The position numbers and the translations under genes were made by a program. From Owenia fusiformis (taxonomy: Eukaryota), in contig CAIIXF020000001.1 of assembly GCA_903813345.2 (NCBI GenBank), positions 1,364,001 to 1,428,000 of the forward strand: 64,000 nt of DNA. Reading direction: 5' to 3'. Shown piece after piece: positions 10,101 through 24,424 of the stretch; the first letter of the stretch is position 1, and each line of letters starts with the position of its first letter. The notes below the pieces were generated by a model. It had not been told where the DNA came from. It worked only from the letters and a program-made list of their open reading frames with translations, and did not search any database.

Positions 10101-13093
10101 GCATCATACAGACCATTGTATGCAGCTAGTATGGTTGATCTGCTTCTTGGAAACAACGCGGAAGTCTGTAAACTCGTTACAAATAAAAAGAGTCCACCGT
10201 ATTGTAGAAAGAAGAAAGCTGGGAATAGTAAATAATTTGTCCAAGCATCTGTAATCAAGATGTCAATAATATGTATTTAGAAAAAAATAGGATACCTCAA
10301 ACACGATTTAAGTTTTCCTGTAAAAGACCATTCGATATCAATCTTTATTCGAGGTATTTTTGAGAAAATGGAAATGCACTTGCATTGTCTACAGCTCAGC
10401 GGGCCCATACGAACACGGGGATGGTAAGCAACATATTACATTTGTGATTGCAAAAGACAAGTCAACCATTTTGTTTGCTAAAGTTAAGGAATTTATGCTG
10501 CCCTTGATGCCTCTAGTAAAAGTGGTACTACATAAAGTAGTGCTACAATATATGAGTAGTGCTAAATAAGTACATAGTCTCACTTTATAAGAGTTTCTTA
10601 ACAAAGTGGTTAAATAAAATGAGGCAACACAAGGTAGTTATGCTATACAACGTGGTCCTATTCAAAGTTGTGTCTCTGCTATACAGAGTGGTACGAATTG
10701 AAGTAGTACTGTACACTATGTTATTGAATAAAGTGTTCCTTTACAAGGTGGTACGAAATAAAAAATTGTCCTGGAAAAATTTGTAACTAGATTAACTAGA
10801 AAAACAGCAACTCCAGGGAGTAGCAAATCCAACTGAACAAAGCATATTTTGATATTTAGTGGCCATCTTGAAAATTACTTCTTGAACAGAGCATATGAGC
10901 ATATAAACCAAATTGAACCAAGTCCATCCACTGGTATTTGAGATAAAAAAGATGTGATGTTTCTTTCCAAAAATGGCGGCCATTTTAAAATTTGACCGCC
11001 ATCTTGAAACTTTCTTCTTGAGCAAAGATCTTTTGTCCTTAAGTAGCATATAAAGTTGTAACCAAAACTGTCAACTGGTATTTGAGCTATCAAAGATTTC
11101 ATTTAAAAAGATAAATGACAGCCATTTTGATAAATAGCAGCCATCTTGAAAATATGCAGACCTCCTTCATCTCTAAGCATCAGCATATAAAATCAAATTC
11201 ATCCACTGGTATTTGATTTATCAAAGATAACATTTTTAAATAAAAATGCGGCCATTTTGAAATTCAGCTTTCATCTTTAAAATTACCATATAACCTAGTT
11301 CCTTTGTCTCCTTAGTTTCTTCTTCTTTGTTTCACTTGTTGTTATTCTTTGCCCTCTTTCGGTTCTTCTTTCTTGGTTTTCTTTCTTGCTATACTTTTTC
11401 TCTTTGGTCTTGTTTGGTGTCGGGTCTGCAGACTTGTGACTACACGTCGGTGGGTTGAAGCTTTTTCTACCGGTAACACCCCCTTTCCCTTTTAGACCGG
11501 GTGCTTTTCTGCAAAAGGTCTCTCTGTAAAATGTGGTAGGCGTTTAGTGTTAAAGTGTTCTGACAAGTGTTTCTCATGTAACTTTTTATGCTGAATCCAA
11601 AAAACCATGTTGGCAAGCTGAAATATGATTATTTAACCCTTAAGATACCATGTTAGTCCCCCTACCCCCATAATTCACCCCTATCAGGGGGAAAAAATTC
11701 TTCAACCTAAAATAAATTATAAATAAATTAAGGGTTAAATAATCATATTTCAACTTGCCAACATGGTTTTTTGGATTCAGCATAAAAAGTTACATAAGAA
11801 ACACTTGTCAGAACACTTTTAACACTAAACGCCTACCACATTTCCTCTAGATGAAAATGCACCTTGTCTATTTGTCTTTATCGATGTTTGTTTTTGTTGC
11901 TGTTTTTCTTATATAGTTTACCCTCATTTTGGAGACTGATATCTAAATTTTGAATTAAGGGCCATTTTGGACGACTTCTCCATATCCCTACGAACTTCGT
12001 TCGGTGGAATAATAAACTATAGTGGTGCTATTCACATTTGTACTAAATACCGTAGTGCCATAAAGTTACTTATAATTATAAAATGATGCTATGCAACTTA
12101 GCACTAAATAAAACTGTACTATTCAAAATGGTAACAATTATAAATAGTACTTACCTTGGTTTGAGAAGGCAATTGCTAGTAAAGCGCAGGCGTACATCGA
12201 CCTACATAGTGTGAATAAATGTGTATTTCAATTTTGCATCTTCTTTGCTAAGAGCTATTACTATGAACAAGCAAGTTTACATTACTCTTTTCAAGACTAG
12301 GACCGAGACGTCTTGAGAAACTGTGGATTTAAAGGACAATCTTAAGACGCCTCGACTCTTTAACGTTTTACATAAGAGGTCTTAAGAGTGTAGTGAAAAT
12401 CAAGCTTATATTCTGATTGGAGTTTTCAACGGACAAAAAGACAATGAAGAAGACAATGCAAGGATACTTGCCTGAAAATGCAAGGAAATACATGCCTCCC
12501 TACTTAATATTGAGACAATAGGCCATGTAGCCTGGTACATAACATTTTTCAAACCCGTAATTATAAATATGAACATGCGACTTGATTTTTACTCAATTTG
12601 CTTCGCCATTTTCATAACCAAACGAGCTTTATCATTTCAATATTGATTATTTTCATTGTTTGAGAAGGTGATTGTTATAAGCAACTCACAAAGACAAGAT
12701 ACGACATACCATCGTACCAAACCTATCGTAAATGTAGCCATTAATAATGGATAGAATGCCCGTGAGCACAGTTGTTGTAGTAAATACCAAACTGAACATG
12801 TCGTTCCTTTCTCTGCAATCAATGACTGCGTTATTTTCAACATCGCTTGCATTGACTCCAATTGACACATTATTATCAAACGATGTTACATCAGTGCGTG
12901 TGTCTGTTAACGGGCCTTCATCATATGTAGCATTGCCTCTTGTTTTCATGTACTTCGTTAAGCAGATGTCGGCGAATATCCCATCGTCTTTAAAAACATA
13001 GATCCAAGAAGACCATCCAAATGGAATACCACAAAACAAGCCTATTTCTATTCCAGTCCATATCAATCTGGCAACGTTCATGTAATTCAACAT
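7124..13093 (-). CDS. SLC43-family MFS transporter (SLC43A3/LAT3-like), copy A
   Basis: Exons 13093-12690, 12201-12155, 10248-10073, 9790-9145, 8456-8337, 8205-8037, 7792-7672, 7237-7124 (TAG); motifs GIPFGWSSWIYVFK..C, GYIYDRFG, YNGLYDASASV, SPLFLW, AFPQKHFG. Confidence 0.88.
10794..11290 (+). repeat. Interspersed repeat with AAAATGGCGGCCATTTT-type subrepeats in an SLC43 copy A intron
   Basis: Begins AACTAGAAAAACAGC; repeated GGCCATTTT/GCCATCTTGAAA and CCACTGGTATTTGA units. Confidence 0.5.
11493..11870. mobile_element. Palindromic MITE
   Basis: ~120-bp near-perfect inverted arms (11528-11642 vs 11728-11843) and outer ends TAGACCGGGTGC / GCACCTTGTCTA. Confidence 0.75.
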
Positions 13094-13579
13094 TTTTTGC
13101 TAATGTCCTTGCAAATTCACAAACTTGAAAGAACTATAAAAATCACTGCGATTAGCAGACGTTGATACAACATATGTAGTAATTGTTTGTGTCAATCTCC
13201 TTAAAGATGCAGTGACTCCAAGGTTTTTCTCTGAGACAATGCAATAGGTGATGTCCCATTATAATTTCTCATACAATATCTTACATATCTTGAGACCAAC
13301 CCTTGGGTAAAGTATTGCCTAGTATATATTTATTTTCAAATTTCCGACCGTCATTTCTGAGTACAAGCATACAATTACTACAGTCACCGTAGGACTCGGG
13401 ATCTAACAATTGCAAAAATATATATGTTAATGTGTATTCTTTGTATTGGACTCCTATCAAACACTGCCTCTTTAACGAGCAATTTTTCAGTTGAAGCAAG
13501 CTTTCACGAATTCAACTATCAGCGACTGGTGACGATTTGATTGCTTTTTTATGGCCGACTCATTTAAATGAGGCAAGTA

Positions 13580-14135
13580 CAGGGTGGTCAAAAATGGAAA
13601 CCCTAATAACATTGTCCTCATATCTTTGTCATTCCCTGATATTTTATACATTTGTACATCATTCAATTTGCTACCAGCCTACTTTATTTCATGACTATCA
13701 AACTGATAGTCACAATGTTACAGCAATTTAAAGAACATGCCCAGTGGCCACTATTGCGTTGTGGGGAAACCTGTACTCATCGTCTAAAATGCCCCTACTT
13801 GTGGGTAAACGACAAAGATAGTGTGTATGAGAATGACCTCAGGGCAATAGCAGACCTCAAAAGTGAGACGATTCGTGTCATTCAGGCCATACCTGCTGGG
13901 GAATGCATTCGGGTCATTGACAACTGTGCTGTTTTGCCTACAGCGCGATAATGGCCAAATCTGAAGCATGTTATTCTAAGTGCTGTGAAATTGTGACTAT
14001 CAGTCTGATGGTCATGAAATATGGTAGGGTGGTAGGAAATTGAATGATGTACAAATGTGCGAAATATCAGGGAGTATTTTCTTAAATTGACAAAGATATA
14101 AGGAAAATGCAGGGTTTCAATTTTTTACCACCCTG
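13580..14135 (+). mobile_element. Internally deleted Tc1/mariner element with a transposase C-terminal remnant
   Basis: TA|CAGGGTGGTCAAAAATGGAAACCC ... GGGTTTCAATTTTTTACCACCCTG|TA with long inverted arms; interior reads WPL..YLWVNDKDSVYENDLRAIADLKSETIRVIQAIPAGECIRVIDN, resembling a mariner-type transposase C-terminus. Confidence 0.75.
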
Positions 14136-14955
14136 TACTTGCTGCGCATCTTAATAGCGGCTAGCTATCGTAGAAAACCTGTCGCTGACCTACATAAAGG
14201 TTTAATCTGTTTATTCAAGTAGCAACTAACAGTGACTAACGATCTGCTTGCTATTTCAACGGGTGGCTTTATCATAATCCATCATACTGATTACAATTGC
14301 ATTAAAGTCATGTGAAAGTCAATGATAGTTATTATTAGCGGCTTGATCATTATTTGAAGTTCAAAATGACGATTTTGATTTATGTTGATTACACATGATT
14401 ATGTAACCGCCAGCCGGTAATTGATACCAACAAATGATAGTTTAGACTGTTGAATGATCAAGGTAGCTTAATACTTAAATTGTGTTAATTAAAAAGGCCC
14501 TGTGGTAAGTTTGAAAATTGTGAATTTTTTAATGTTTTATAATTTTCAAATGTTTGAATTTCTCGCCATTTTGAATCAAAAAATTCACCAAATATAACAC
14601 TCTACACTGCAAAAAAAACATATTTTTATCTGCTCCATTGGATAGATCAAACAAACGTTATATCACTTAAACCATTCAATCTATGAATCATGCATGTACA
14701 CTGTATATATATTTTATACAAACTTTAAAAGCATTTTTAAATGTGATGTCACGCGTGCGCTGTTCAATCATTCAGGTGTTAAATCATTTTTATTTACTAT
14801 GCGATCCCTCATATTAAAATGTGTTTTTCAGTAACAGTAGTATAGTAGGGACATATTTTAAAGTTCGTTCAATGTAGTTGTTTCTATGTTTTTATATTAG
14901 AGGCTTGCTTCTTTTCGTTCTTCAAGCGTTTCTACAGTTGTCGGTGATTTTCTTT

Positions 14956-17900
14956 CTAACTATTGCTAGACACATTATTAGGTGGATCCTTTTGAGTCTT
15001 CAACTGCCTGGTAATGTAGATTGGGAATCCAAACAACGTCAAATTCAACGCCAAGAGGACTCCATTCATCTAGGTACAGAAGGTATATAGTATTAATTCA
15101 AACATTTAAATAAAACTTGAAATTAATCATCGTTAGGTCTGTTCCCGTTGTGATTATTCTGTGAGGCCTGAACTAAAAAATACAAGACTGGAAACATTTT
15201 AACATGAAATCATGTAAATATCTTTGCCGTTATTTAGATGACAATGTGGTTTTGATAAATGTTATTTTGTAATTGTAAAGGGGTTTACGTGTACTTTAAA
15301 GTATCTCGACAAACGTAAATTTAAAAGGTCTATTGATGGATGTCTCAGTAACGACTTTCTTAATATGAAAGTCCGCCCGGATACTACGTTTTACTTACTA
15401 TTAGGAAGCCATTGTCAAACGATTCGGCACCAATAAATATAGGTTGTTGCAATGCGCTAGCAAAGGTGCCTGATGCAAACGTCGCACTCAACAACTTGCC
15501 GAAATGCTTCTGTGGAAATCTGTTGAAGAAAACAAACACATACATTGCTGTGATGCAAACTATCTAGTATATTTTGCGTCTCGATAAGGGCCAATAAGCG
15601 AATTGTGTCTACTTACAAAATATATGAGAAACAGTTTACAATACCACATAACAGGGAAAGCATTTATGAGTATATTCATAACATATTAAAAGTAGGCATA
15701 TATGTACATATTTATACAACTTTTGACAAAGTGATAGCCACAAAATCTAAACAAATTTGCAAATATTTCACTTTGGGGGCTAAGGGACATATTTTGGAGG
15801 TCAAATTGAGAAGATTTTGAGATATAAATACTGTTTCCATGGTAACCATATAAGTTAGAGATTGGACATTTCTGGCACTGACTAACCATGGTATGCCTCC
15901 GATCGCCTACTATAAAACTATGAATGTATGACATGCATTAGTATTCGTTTTATCAGGTGGTATTAAAGTACCCCCAAGGTTTTCTTGGGGTGGGGTATGA
16001 ATTGGCCCGAGGGCCGTCTGCCACCCCTACATGAAGTCCGACTACCCAGAAAGTGCCCAGCATAACCATACAGACTGTTTGAAATATGCTGGAATGTGTG
16101 ACCTTCCATGAAAAGAAGAAGTTGCAATTATCAGAGTAGTCCATAGACTAGCAACGGATTTTTCAATATGTACATACATTGTATGTGCCGTTTTAATTTA
16201 TAACTACTCACGCTTCTGAGATGAACGCAGCATTGACAGCATAAAGGAATCCCCTAGATGTTACAAACGCAATATATGTAAAGTACTGCGCGTTCAGACT
16301 TGGTATCATCGAACTTACGTTGAAGACAGCGTTCAAGGCAAACTCCGTTGTGAATATATAAATGTAGGGTCGTAGGTGTTCTACAATTTCATGGGAAAAT
16401 TTAATTAAAAGTTTTTGTCGAAACCTAAGACAAATAAAATATAAATTATAGACAACCTGTATATCTGTATCGGATGTAATATAAAATATCATAAAATCCC
16501 TTCTCTTGAGAAGAATAACAGAATAACAAACTAACTTGTGTGTGGACTGCCCCGATCTTCTCTTTTCCTCCATGTATCGATGAATATACCTGCCAGGGGG
16601 CTGACAAGGAAGCCGAAAGCCAACATTCCAGTGAACACGGACGTGTGCAAGGTGACTGAAATTGAACGGATCTTTGTGGACTATTTTAGATTCTAAGGCG
16701 TCTTTCAAATGAACAAATAAAAAATTGACAAATGATTTTAGACAGTCGTACCTTTGACCATGAGTGTTTTCGTATCATTTCCGCCCCATTTAGAAAGTAC
16801 CTCGCAAAGTGCAGAAGAAACGTATGATTTTGTAAAAATGAGAAACTAGAAAAAACTAAATGTCGATATGTTAGATGATATGTATTAGTTAAAATAAAAC
16901 TTCTACCCTCCTACCTAGTTTTCTGTCACCTGCACTCAGGTCGGTAATCCACGAGTTGAACGAGACGAAAAAGTATTGATTCCTCAAATTCAGGAAAGAA
17001 AATGTCCATATATTCCACAGAAATAATGGTGAAAACAGAATTTTAGTAAGCCTATCTGTTTCAATATCAGATGTATTATTTTTGAGTGTATCTTTATTTT
17101 GTAAACTGCTACAGTCCTTGGTCGTTTCTTGACTACTGGCTGTTGAATCTTTGTGCGCAAAGTCTTTTGGTCGACACCCACTGATCGTTTTAATTTCATC
17201 CGTTTTTGAATCAGTTTGAATGTTGCCATGACCACTCAGATTTGTTTTATTTGGCGATTCAAATACTTCGTTCGTGTACCCTTGGAGTTCACCCCGACTC
17301 TGCTTACTAGGCGTAATATCCATAGAAACATGTCGTACGGCTATTGAATATTTTCTTCTCATCCGTTCGTCGTTCTCTATATTTGTGGCTATATATTTGG
17401 CGACTTTCAATCGTTGGAAGATGATAAATGCCATTGGATGTCTTCCATTGTTGTCCGAATGTATGTGCTTCCAAGGTTGAAATATGAATGTCCCAAGGAG
17501 TGTGATTGGCAAGAAGACAGACAGGAACACATACAAGGAAGAAGACAAGGGAATCCCATTCTCGTATTGAAGCTGAAAGTATTACAACGACTGTAAATGT
17601 GTAAAAATCGTGTCGATCGATCTATCGGTCTGTCTGTTGGTTTGTCGGTCTGTGCAATAACGTTTAAATGTAAATGCTTGTTTTTGAATTAGTCAATTAA
17701 ATAACAACTACATCTTACAGCCCAAACAAATGTCCTTATTGTTGCTTTTAGTATATAAACGGGAAGATGCTACCCATTGTATTAAGTATCAGGCCCCATG
17801 TAAAGTTTGGAAATAAGTTTTATCATTCATTTACTATTTTTAAAAAATAATTTGGGAGATTTTCGGAGAGTTGGTTTTAATCACTAAAATTACAAAATGT

Positions 17901-20900
17901 ATCTTTCTCTGAACCACTCCAATACATGGATGAGTTCATTTTTCAATAATTTATCAACAACTCTTCTTAATTTTTCGACAAAAGACACGTGGGGATGAAT
18001 GTTATGCATTGTTGTGAATAACCGCTCATTAAAATATAAGTGTGAGCTCTATAATTTAGTTTTAAATAGATTAACGATTTTCGAACTAAAAGTCCTTCAA
18101 AAAACACATTTTGAATTTAGAATATTTACATATTACATTCTGATAACATTGGGTAACAGTGTACAATATAAGGCACTACAATATAAGGTTTAAACTGTAT
18201 ATGGGGCCTTTAAAGGATCTATGTAAAGACTAAACCCATTTGTTGGTCCTCATTTCCACTTATATGAAATATAATAAAGGAACATAATACGATTTAAACA
18301 TAAACTGGCTTCAGACGATATCACAAGACTTTGATTCTGGTTGTTCGACTATAATTTAGGGGTGTAAAGATACAATTATTTGGAAAGAAGCGATGTAATG
18401 TCTAGGTCACATTTGCTACGACTCATCGGCCGGCACCCGGCCAATTGCAGTATTTTGTTCAAAACTGATTTCAACGTTCGATTGACCAAATTTTTTGTTA
18501 AATAATGTACAAGTTCTCAGTAGTTCACATCTGATATCAAATTTGTCTCGATGAATCGGAGCAAATGTGGCCTCATAAGTTAAATATAAATGGAAATACT
18601 AAGAATGCTTCCGTACCCACCTTAAATACTATAGCAACAGAAGCGCTTGCATCATACAGACCATTGTATGCAGCTAGTATGGTTGATCTGCTTCTTGGAA
18701 ACAACGCTGACGTCTGTAAACTCGTTACAAACAAAAAGAGTCCGCCATATCGGAGAAAGAAGAAAGCTGGGAATAGTAAATAATTTGCCCAAGCACCTGT
18801 AAATTAAGATAACAATAAATGCACTGTAGAAAAACATGTTTAATATAAAATGTGTGTCGAACAAATTACGAAAGTTCGAATTGAGAAGTCCTGGAGAAGA
18901 CCCCTCGATATTTCAAACATTATTATTAAACTATTTTCGGAGAGAATATTGGAATGCAACTGCAAGAGTATATAACAAATGAGCGAGCCTACAGCTTAAA
19001 TGAACGCTGAAATATCGTGTCATGGGTGTCTCACATAAAACTGTTGCTTTAAAAGTCTTTAAAAGAGATGTGGTACTAAATAATAAAAGTGGTACTAAAT
19101 AAAGTGTCGCTATGTGCTATAGAAAGTGGTACTAAATATAGATTGCTATTCAGTAAGTTATTTAACAATATGATTTTCTTCAACGTGGCTCTGAATATAA
19201 TTGTGCTTCTGGCAAAATATGGTAAAGTAGTACTAACTTTGCTTTGAGAAGGCAATTGCTATCAGAGCACTGGCATACATCGACCTATAAGTGAATTAAT
19301 GTGTATTGCCGTTTTGTCCTGTCAGAGTATATTCTACATTTAGTAATAATCGATTCAAACGATCCTTCCAACGGTTTAGAATAATGTCGCATAAATGAAT
19401 AAACAGAAGGAGCACACACGTATCGAACTCGCAACCTCGTGGTTACGGCGCTCAAGCTAGAATGCTCAAATATTTGAACAGAAGAGAGCAGTGAGATAAA
19501 AATAAGGGGACACTAAAACAATAAAGATCGCTCTAAGATAAGGAGAACACCAAGATATTATGGAATTTATTTTGTATCAAAATTGGACAATACACAATAT
19601 GATGCGACACTCGAACTATATGAATCGAGACTCGCATCTTAATATGCGAAATACGCATCTTCATATGCAAAACTTGCATCATGGTATACAATTTTCAATC
19701 TACGTTATACCAATTAGTTTTCTTACATAACTTATTTTCATTCACATACGCACTGGTTGTATCAAGCGTCACACAAAGAGTTAGCACTAACTCCGATTAC
19801 TTTCCAAAAATCCAAAAACAATGTTGAAATGTCACACGGATTGTGTTATAAGTAGAATAGAATAGTGAAAGAATTACACAGAGATCAAAGTAAATTTCGA
19901 ACGAACGTGTCAGTTTGACTGTCCGTCCGTCCATCCGTCCGTGCCAATTGTGGCACGTTTTAAAACCTCTGTCGATAGGATTCCCATTTTAAGCTATTTT
20001 TGTTCAATGTCAATACAGAAAACTCCCCTATGACTCCTGGTTCAAAAGCTTGCCTATTTTGTTACAAAAAATCAGCAAAAAGTTATATCCGTTTTTTTTA
20101 TTTCAGCCATATAGTTAACATTGATTTGTCCATCTGTCTCGCGAAATCCACTTTTGTACCATTTGCCTTGAAACCTCTCTCAATAGGATTCCCGTTTTAA
20201 GAAAGTTTTGTTCAACATCAATACAAAAAACTCCGCTATGACTCCTGGTTCAAAAGCTCACCTATTTTCAGAATGGTGGCCATTTTTGTCTCGCGAAATT
20301 CACTTTGGCCCATTTCCTAGCATTACAAATAATTTCAGGTGTCCTGCATTGTAAAAAGCCATGTCTTTGTAAAGAGTGTTGTATGAAATAATTTTGTTAC
20401 AAAAAATCCCCAAAATTATATCCGCTTTTTTATTTGTTGTCATTTTAGCCATTATTCACTTTTGAACAACACCTTGTGAGCCCAGTACCCACGGTACTAT
20501 TTTATTAAACACTGCATACACAGATACGCGTGTACAAGTGTAATTTTACCAACATAGAGTGTGCAAACAAACGGTGTATGACATCACACGGATTTTGTAT
20601 GTATTCTGCTAGACGCTATTCAATGTCTTAGAGATATCACATAAATAAAATATGTCCAATTTTGATACAGTTTAAACACCATAAGATTTGAGATGAGAGC
20701 GCCAAAAACAAAAAAGGGGCGTATATATAATACATGGTTTGGTTTAAGATATATTATATCACTTCCTTTTCCATTTGAACACGGAGTACAAAATATTAAA
20801 CATAACATTTAGACATAACTGGGAGAACAAAATGAAGACAAATTTCAAACAAAACGCAGAAAAACAATTCACGTTTAAAATATCAATTAAAATAGCACAA

Positions 20901-21663
20901 AAATAGCACTGAATTTTGCATTTGAGATATTGAAGGCAAAAAATACTTTTTTAAACTTGCTTGAAATTGACAGATTTTCTTCTAAATCATCCCAGAAGTT
21001 CAGACCTGACCTTAGATTTGATACTTGACCTTTGGTTGACCTTCGGTGATCAAAAGGTAAGAAAATTGATTTTTCAAAGTGAACAAATCATTTTTAAATA
21101 TTATCTACATATCCCGGGAGATCTGATATTTGACTTTCCTTAAAATTGTGAAACGTGCCTTCGAGGGCCTACTTAAGATTGCTTGTAATCTTGATTTCTA
21201 ATAATTTTCATCGTTTAAGAATGTTATTGTAAATGGCAACTTACAAAGACAAGAGACGACATACCAGCGTACCAAACCTATCGTAAATGTAGCCGTTAAT
21301 AATGGATAGAATGCCCGTGAGCACAGATGTTGTAGTAAATACCAAACTTAACATGTCGTTCCTTCCTCTGCATTCAATGGCTGCGTTCTTTTCAAAATTG
21401 CTTGCATTGACTCCAGTTGGTACGTCATCATAATACGTTGTAGTAGCATTGGTGAATGTGTCTGTTGACGGGGTTGCTCCATTATATGTAGCATTATCTA
21501 TTAATTCTACGTTATGGTCAAGGCAGATGTCAGCAAATATTCCATTATCTTTAAAAACATAGATCCAAGAAGACCATCCATATGAAATACCACAAAACAA
21601 TCCTATTTCTATCCCAGTCCATATCAATCTGGCCACATTCATGCTGTTTGACTTGCATTTCAT
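14956..21663 (-). CDS. SLC43-family MFS transporter (SLC43A3/LAT3-like), copy B
   Basis: Exons 21663-21245, 19284-19238, 18796-18621, 17572-16915, 16655-16536, 16380-16212, 15519-15399, 15069-14956 (TAG); same exon structure as, and high similarity to, copy A. Confidence 0.88.
17791..18209. mobile_element. MITE (possibly Kolobok-like)
   Basis: AGGCCCCATGTAAAGTTT vs AAACTGTATATGGGGCCT; right flank TTAA. Confidence 0.5.
18397..18575. repeat. Short palindromic repeat family, copy 1 (degenerate)
   Basis: GGTCACATTTGCT..ATCGGCCGGC ... ATCGGAGCAAATGTG; matches copies at 40785 and 61297. Confidence 0.6.
19905..20505 (-). mobile_element. Helentron-associated (HINE/DINE-like) repeat
   Basis: Reverse-complement homologue of 30607-31042, including the GTCC microsatellite and GTACCCACGGTACTATTT end; internal ~200-bp duplication. 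Confidence 0.6.
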
Positions 21664-23548
21664 TTTGGTTCAAGTGAAAACTAATTTTTCTTGGTTATGC
21701 TACCCGGATTAGAAAAACATACAAGTTGTATAAAATATCATCGAATTCAATGTGCTGTCATTAATAGGTTAGTATGCGTGATGTCCTTTTGAATTTTAAA
21801 GCTTGAAAGAACTATTTAAGTGCGACTCAATAGGGCTGTGTGTCATTCACCTTAAAACAAGCAACACAAGGACGACAATACATTATGATATTGAAAAATA
21901 AATTATCTATATCTTAGATGGAGAACATTTTTACACGTGTTTTCAGATTATTTATTATTTATTTTTATGAAAAAAATAAGAACAAAAATGGAGTTCTAGG
22001 CTGGGCCAAGTTGAACTTCTCATGAAGACAGAAGAGTAAGTTCGAAAATGTTTAAGAAGGCGAGCCAAGATCAAACACAAAACTTGATTTTTTATTCAAT
22101 CAATTACAATCGGGTTTTAAAGTAATATAGATAACGAAGGAATATACGTTAAACTGTAAGGAAATAATACAAATTCAACTGCGAAATTGAATTTTTCTAA
22201 TAGACAACGTCATCTACATCCGGGTCATCGTCAAATTTGAGAAATGCCAATATGAAGATAAAATCGAAACATATCATATATCTTAAAGGCGAAACGACCA
22301 AAACGTTTGTCATGTTGAAATCTATTCACCCCTCGGGCTTAGGATTGGATGCTTGCGATGAAAAATTAACGGCATCCATCACGTAAAACGAACAAGAACG
22401 AAATTAAAATACATTATATTTAATAAGCAGCTAGAATACAAAACGTCGCGAACTTTTCAAACATTTGCAAACAAAGGCTGCTTTTGTGCTAAAGAAGCTA
22501 TGACTGGTTTATACTAGTTCACAAGTGCATCTTTAAGAAATATTAAAAAGGTTCTAGCCTGCAAACTGTAACCACCTTCCATTAACTTCGTCACAGATGC
22601 CGACCGCCAAAAGCCAACCTCCGAACATAGTCCACAAAAAAGTTGTAGACAATAATTTCTAGTTGTTCGTATTTCCATTGCAGGTTATGTAAATAAAATT
22701 CAAACATAGTGAGGCCTTTAACAGGGTTTACAGTCAATGACCGGTCGCACGGGTCGGTGCACGTGAAGCCACTGTTTTTGGTAGCATCACAAACATGATA
22801 AACAGGATGTATATGGGCAAATACGGTAATTGATATTTTCAAACATAGTCAAATTCTGTTGTTCTACCAACGTCCGCGCCATGTGTGTTGATATCAACGA
22901 CATTTAATGTGTGCTGTTTTGATGTCAACACAAACATAAAACAGAATACGTTTTATTAAGTCCATATGACGTCGCAGAAAATCCTAGGAGCCTTTCGACT
23001 TGCGACAATGCGATAACTTGGTGATATAAAAAGTGGTGACATAGAAAAAGATCAAAGTCATGTTTTCTTTCTGTGGTACATCTTTTTGTTTAATCATAAA
23101 CAGTCATATGAATGAGTCTGCGCAAATCGGACACACCCCTTAGTTTTTCAAGTGAAACTCGACATAAATTCTAGCTGAAGTGTCATGTATTCAGATTTTA
23201 TACAAGTCAATGTTAATTTGTGGTTTAAAATACTGAAGGCATTCCAAGCTATGCAGACGTAGCCTGTGGGAAATATTTGATGCGGCAGGAATGAGCGTTT
23301 GGTGCGGAGGCAACGGTCATTTTTAATCTAAATTTGGGATATTTCTGAAACTAAGCCGTTTGGGACAAATATACTCATACCTGTGTAATTGACACCTGAT
23401 ATCGATAAAATTGTGAAAATAGTAGTGTAATTCATTCTATAGCGACGCAGTATGCGCTAAACCTTTATTTTTTGGAATTGTCGTTTTTAAACAGCGTCTA
23501 ACAAAACAAAATATCATTATATCATCAAACGATAAAGTTGTTTTGTTT

Positions 23549-24220
23549 ACAACCCAGTCACAATTCCTACGGCGACCGTGCGGTCTACCGTTTCTGCGGT
23601 CAGTAACATTTCTACGCTCGCCGTGGAATTTCTGCGATCGGATACTTTTCCAGTCACATTTCCTACGGCAGCCGCACAGCGAGTTTTTGAATTTCTGTTG
23701 ATTAAGCGTTAATTCTTCTTTTTATTTTATCTACATCAGTACAATATAGATGTTTTTGTTTGTAGTGTTAGGATATAGAATCGAATAAAAAGTGCAAGTG
23801 AAATATAAGTTGCTGTGGTATCAGTTACCATACGTCAAACAGTATACGTATTATGTTGTGTCTACAGCAAATAATGACCGAAAACTGACATAAAAATTGT
23901 TTCCAAAGGTACATTACCCATCAAACCCTACAATAGACGCAAGTCAACGGCAAACCCGACGTGCGGCCACCGTTGGACCATTCTGCGGTCTGGCAACGGC
24001 CTGTTGATTTCTACGGGGACCGCAGAAATGAACAATTATTATAACTCCGAGTTATAATTTCTACGGCTACCCTGCGGTCTGTGAAAAAAACTGGATACAC
24101 CGTTCGGAGACCTCAAGGCGAGCCTAGGCGAGCGTTTTCTACGCTCGTCGCAGAAATTCCCTGATTTAATTGATCTGCGGTCGACGCACGGCCTCCGCAC
24201 TACAAATGTGACTGGGGTGT
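23549..24220. mobile_element. MITE with TTTCTACGG/TTTCTGCGG subterminal repeats
   Basis: ACAACCCAGTCACA vs TGTGACTGGGGTGT. Confidence 0.6.
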
Positions 24221-24424
24221 TATTAAGCTCTGCCGCACCAAATATTTAGAGGGGGCTCAAGATATCTGATGAACATTTCCGAATTTTTATAAAATCACAC
24301 AGAAACTGTCTGGCTTCCAAGATGCAAAAATAACTTATATAGTGTATCTTAAACACCATTTTTCATGAATGCAAGGGACGCTGTATAAAAACGACATAAA
24401 AAATTGATCAACTTAAAATAGTAC

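Noticed and set aside
19405-19460. tRNA gene on the - strand
   Set aside because: Only a B-box-like GGTTGCGAGTTCGATAC is recognisable; no full cloverleaf. At most a SINE-head fragment.
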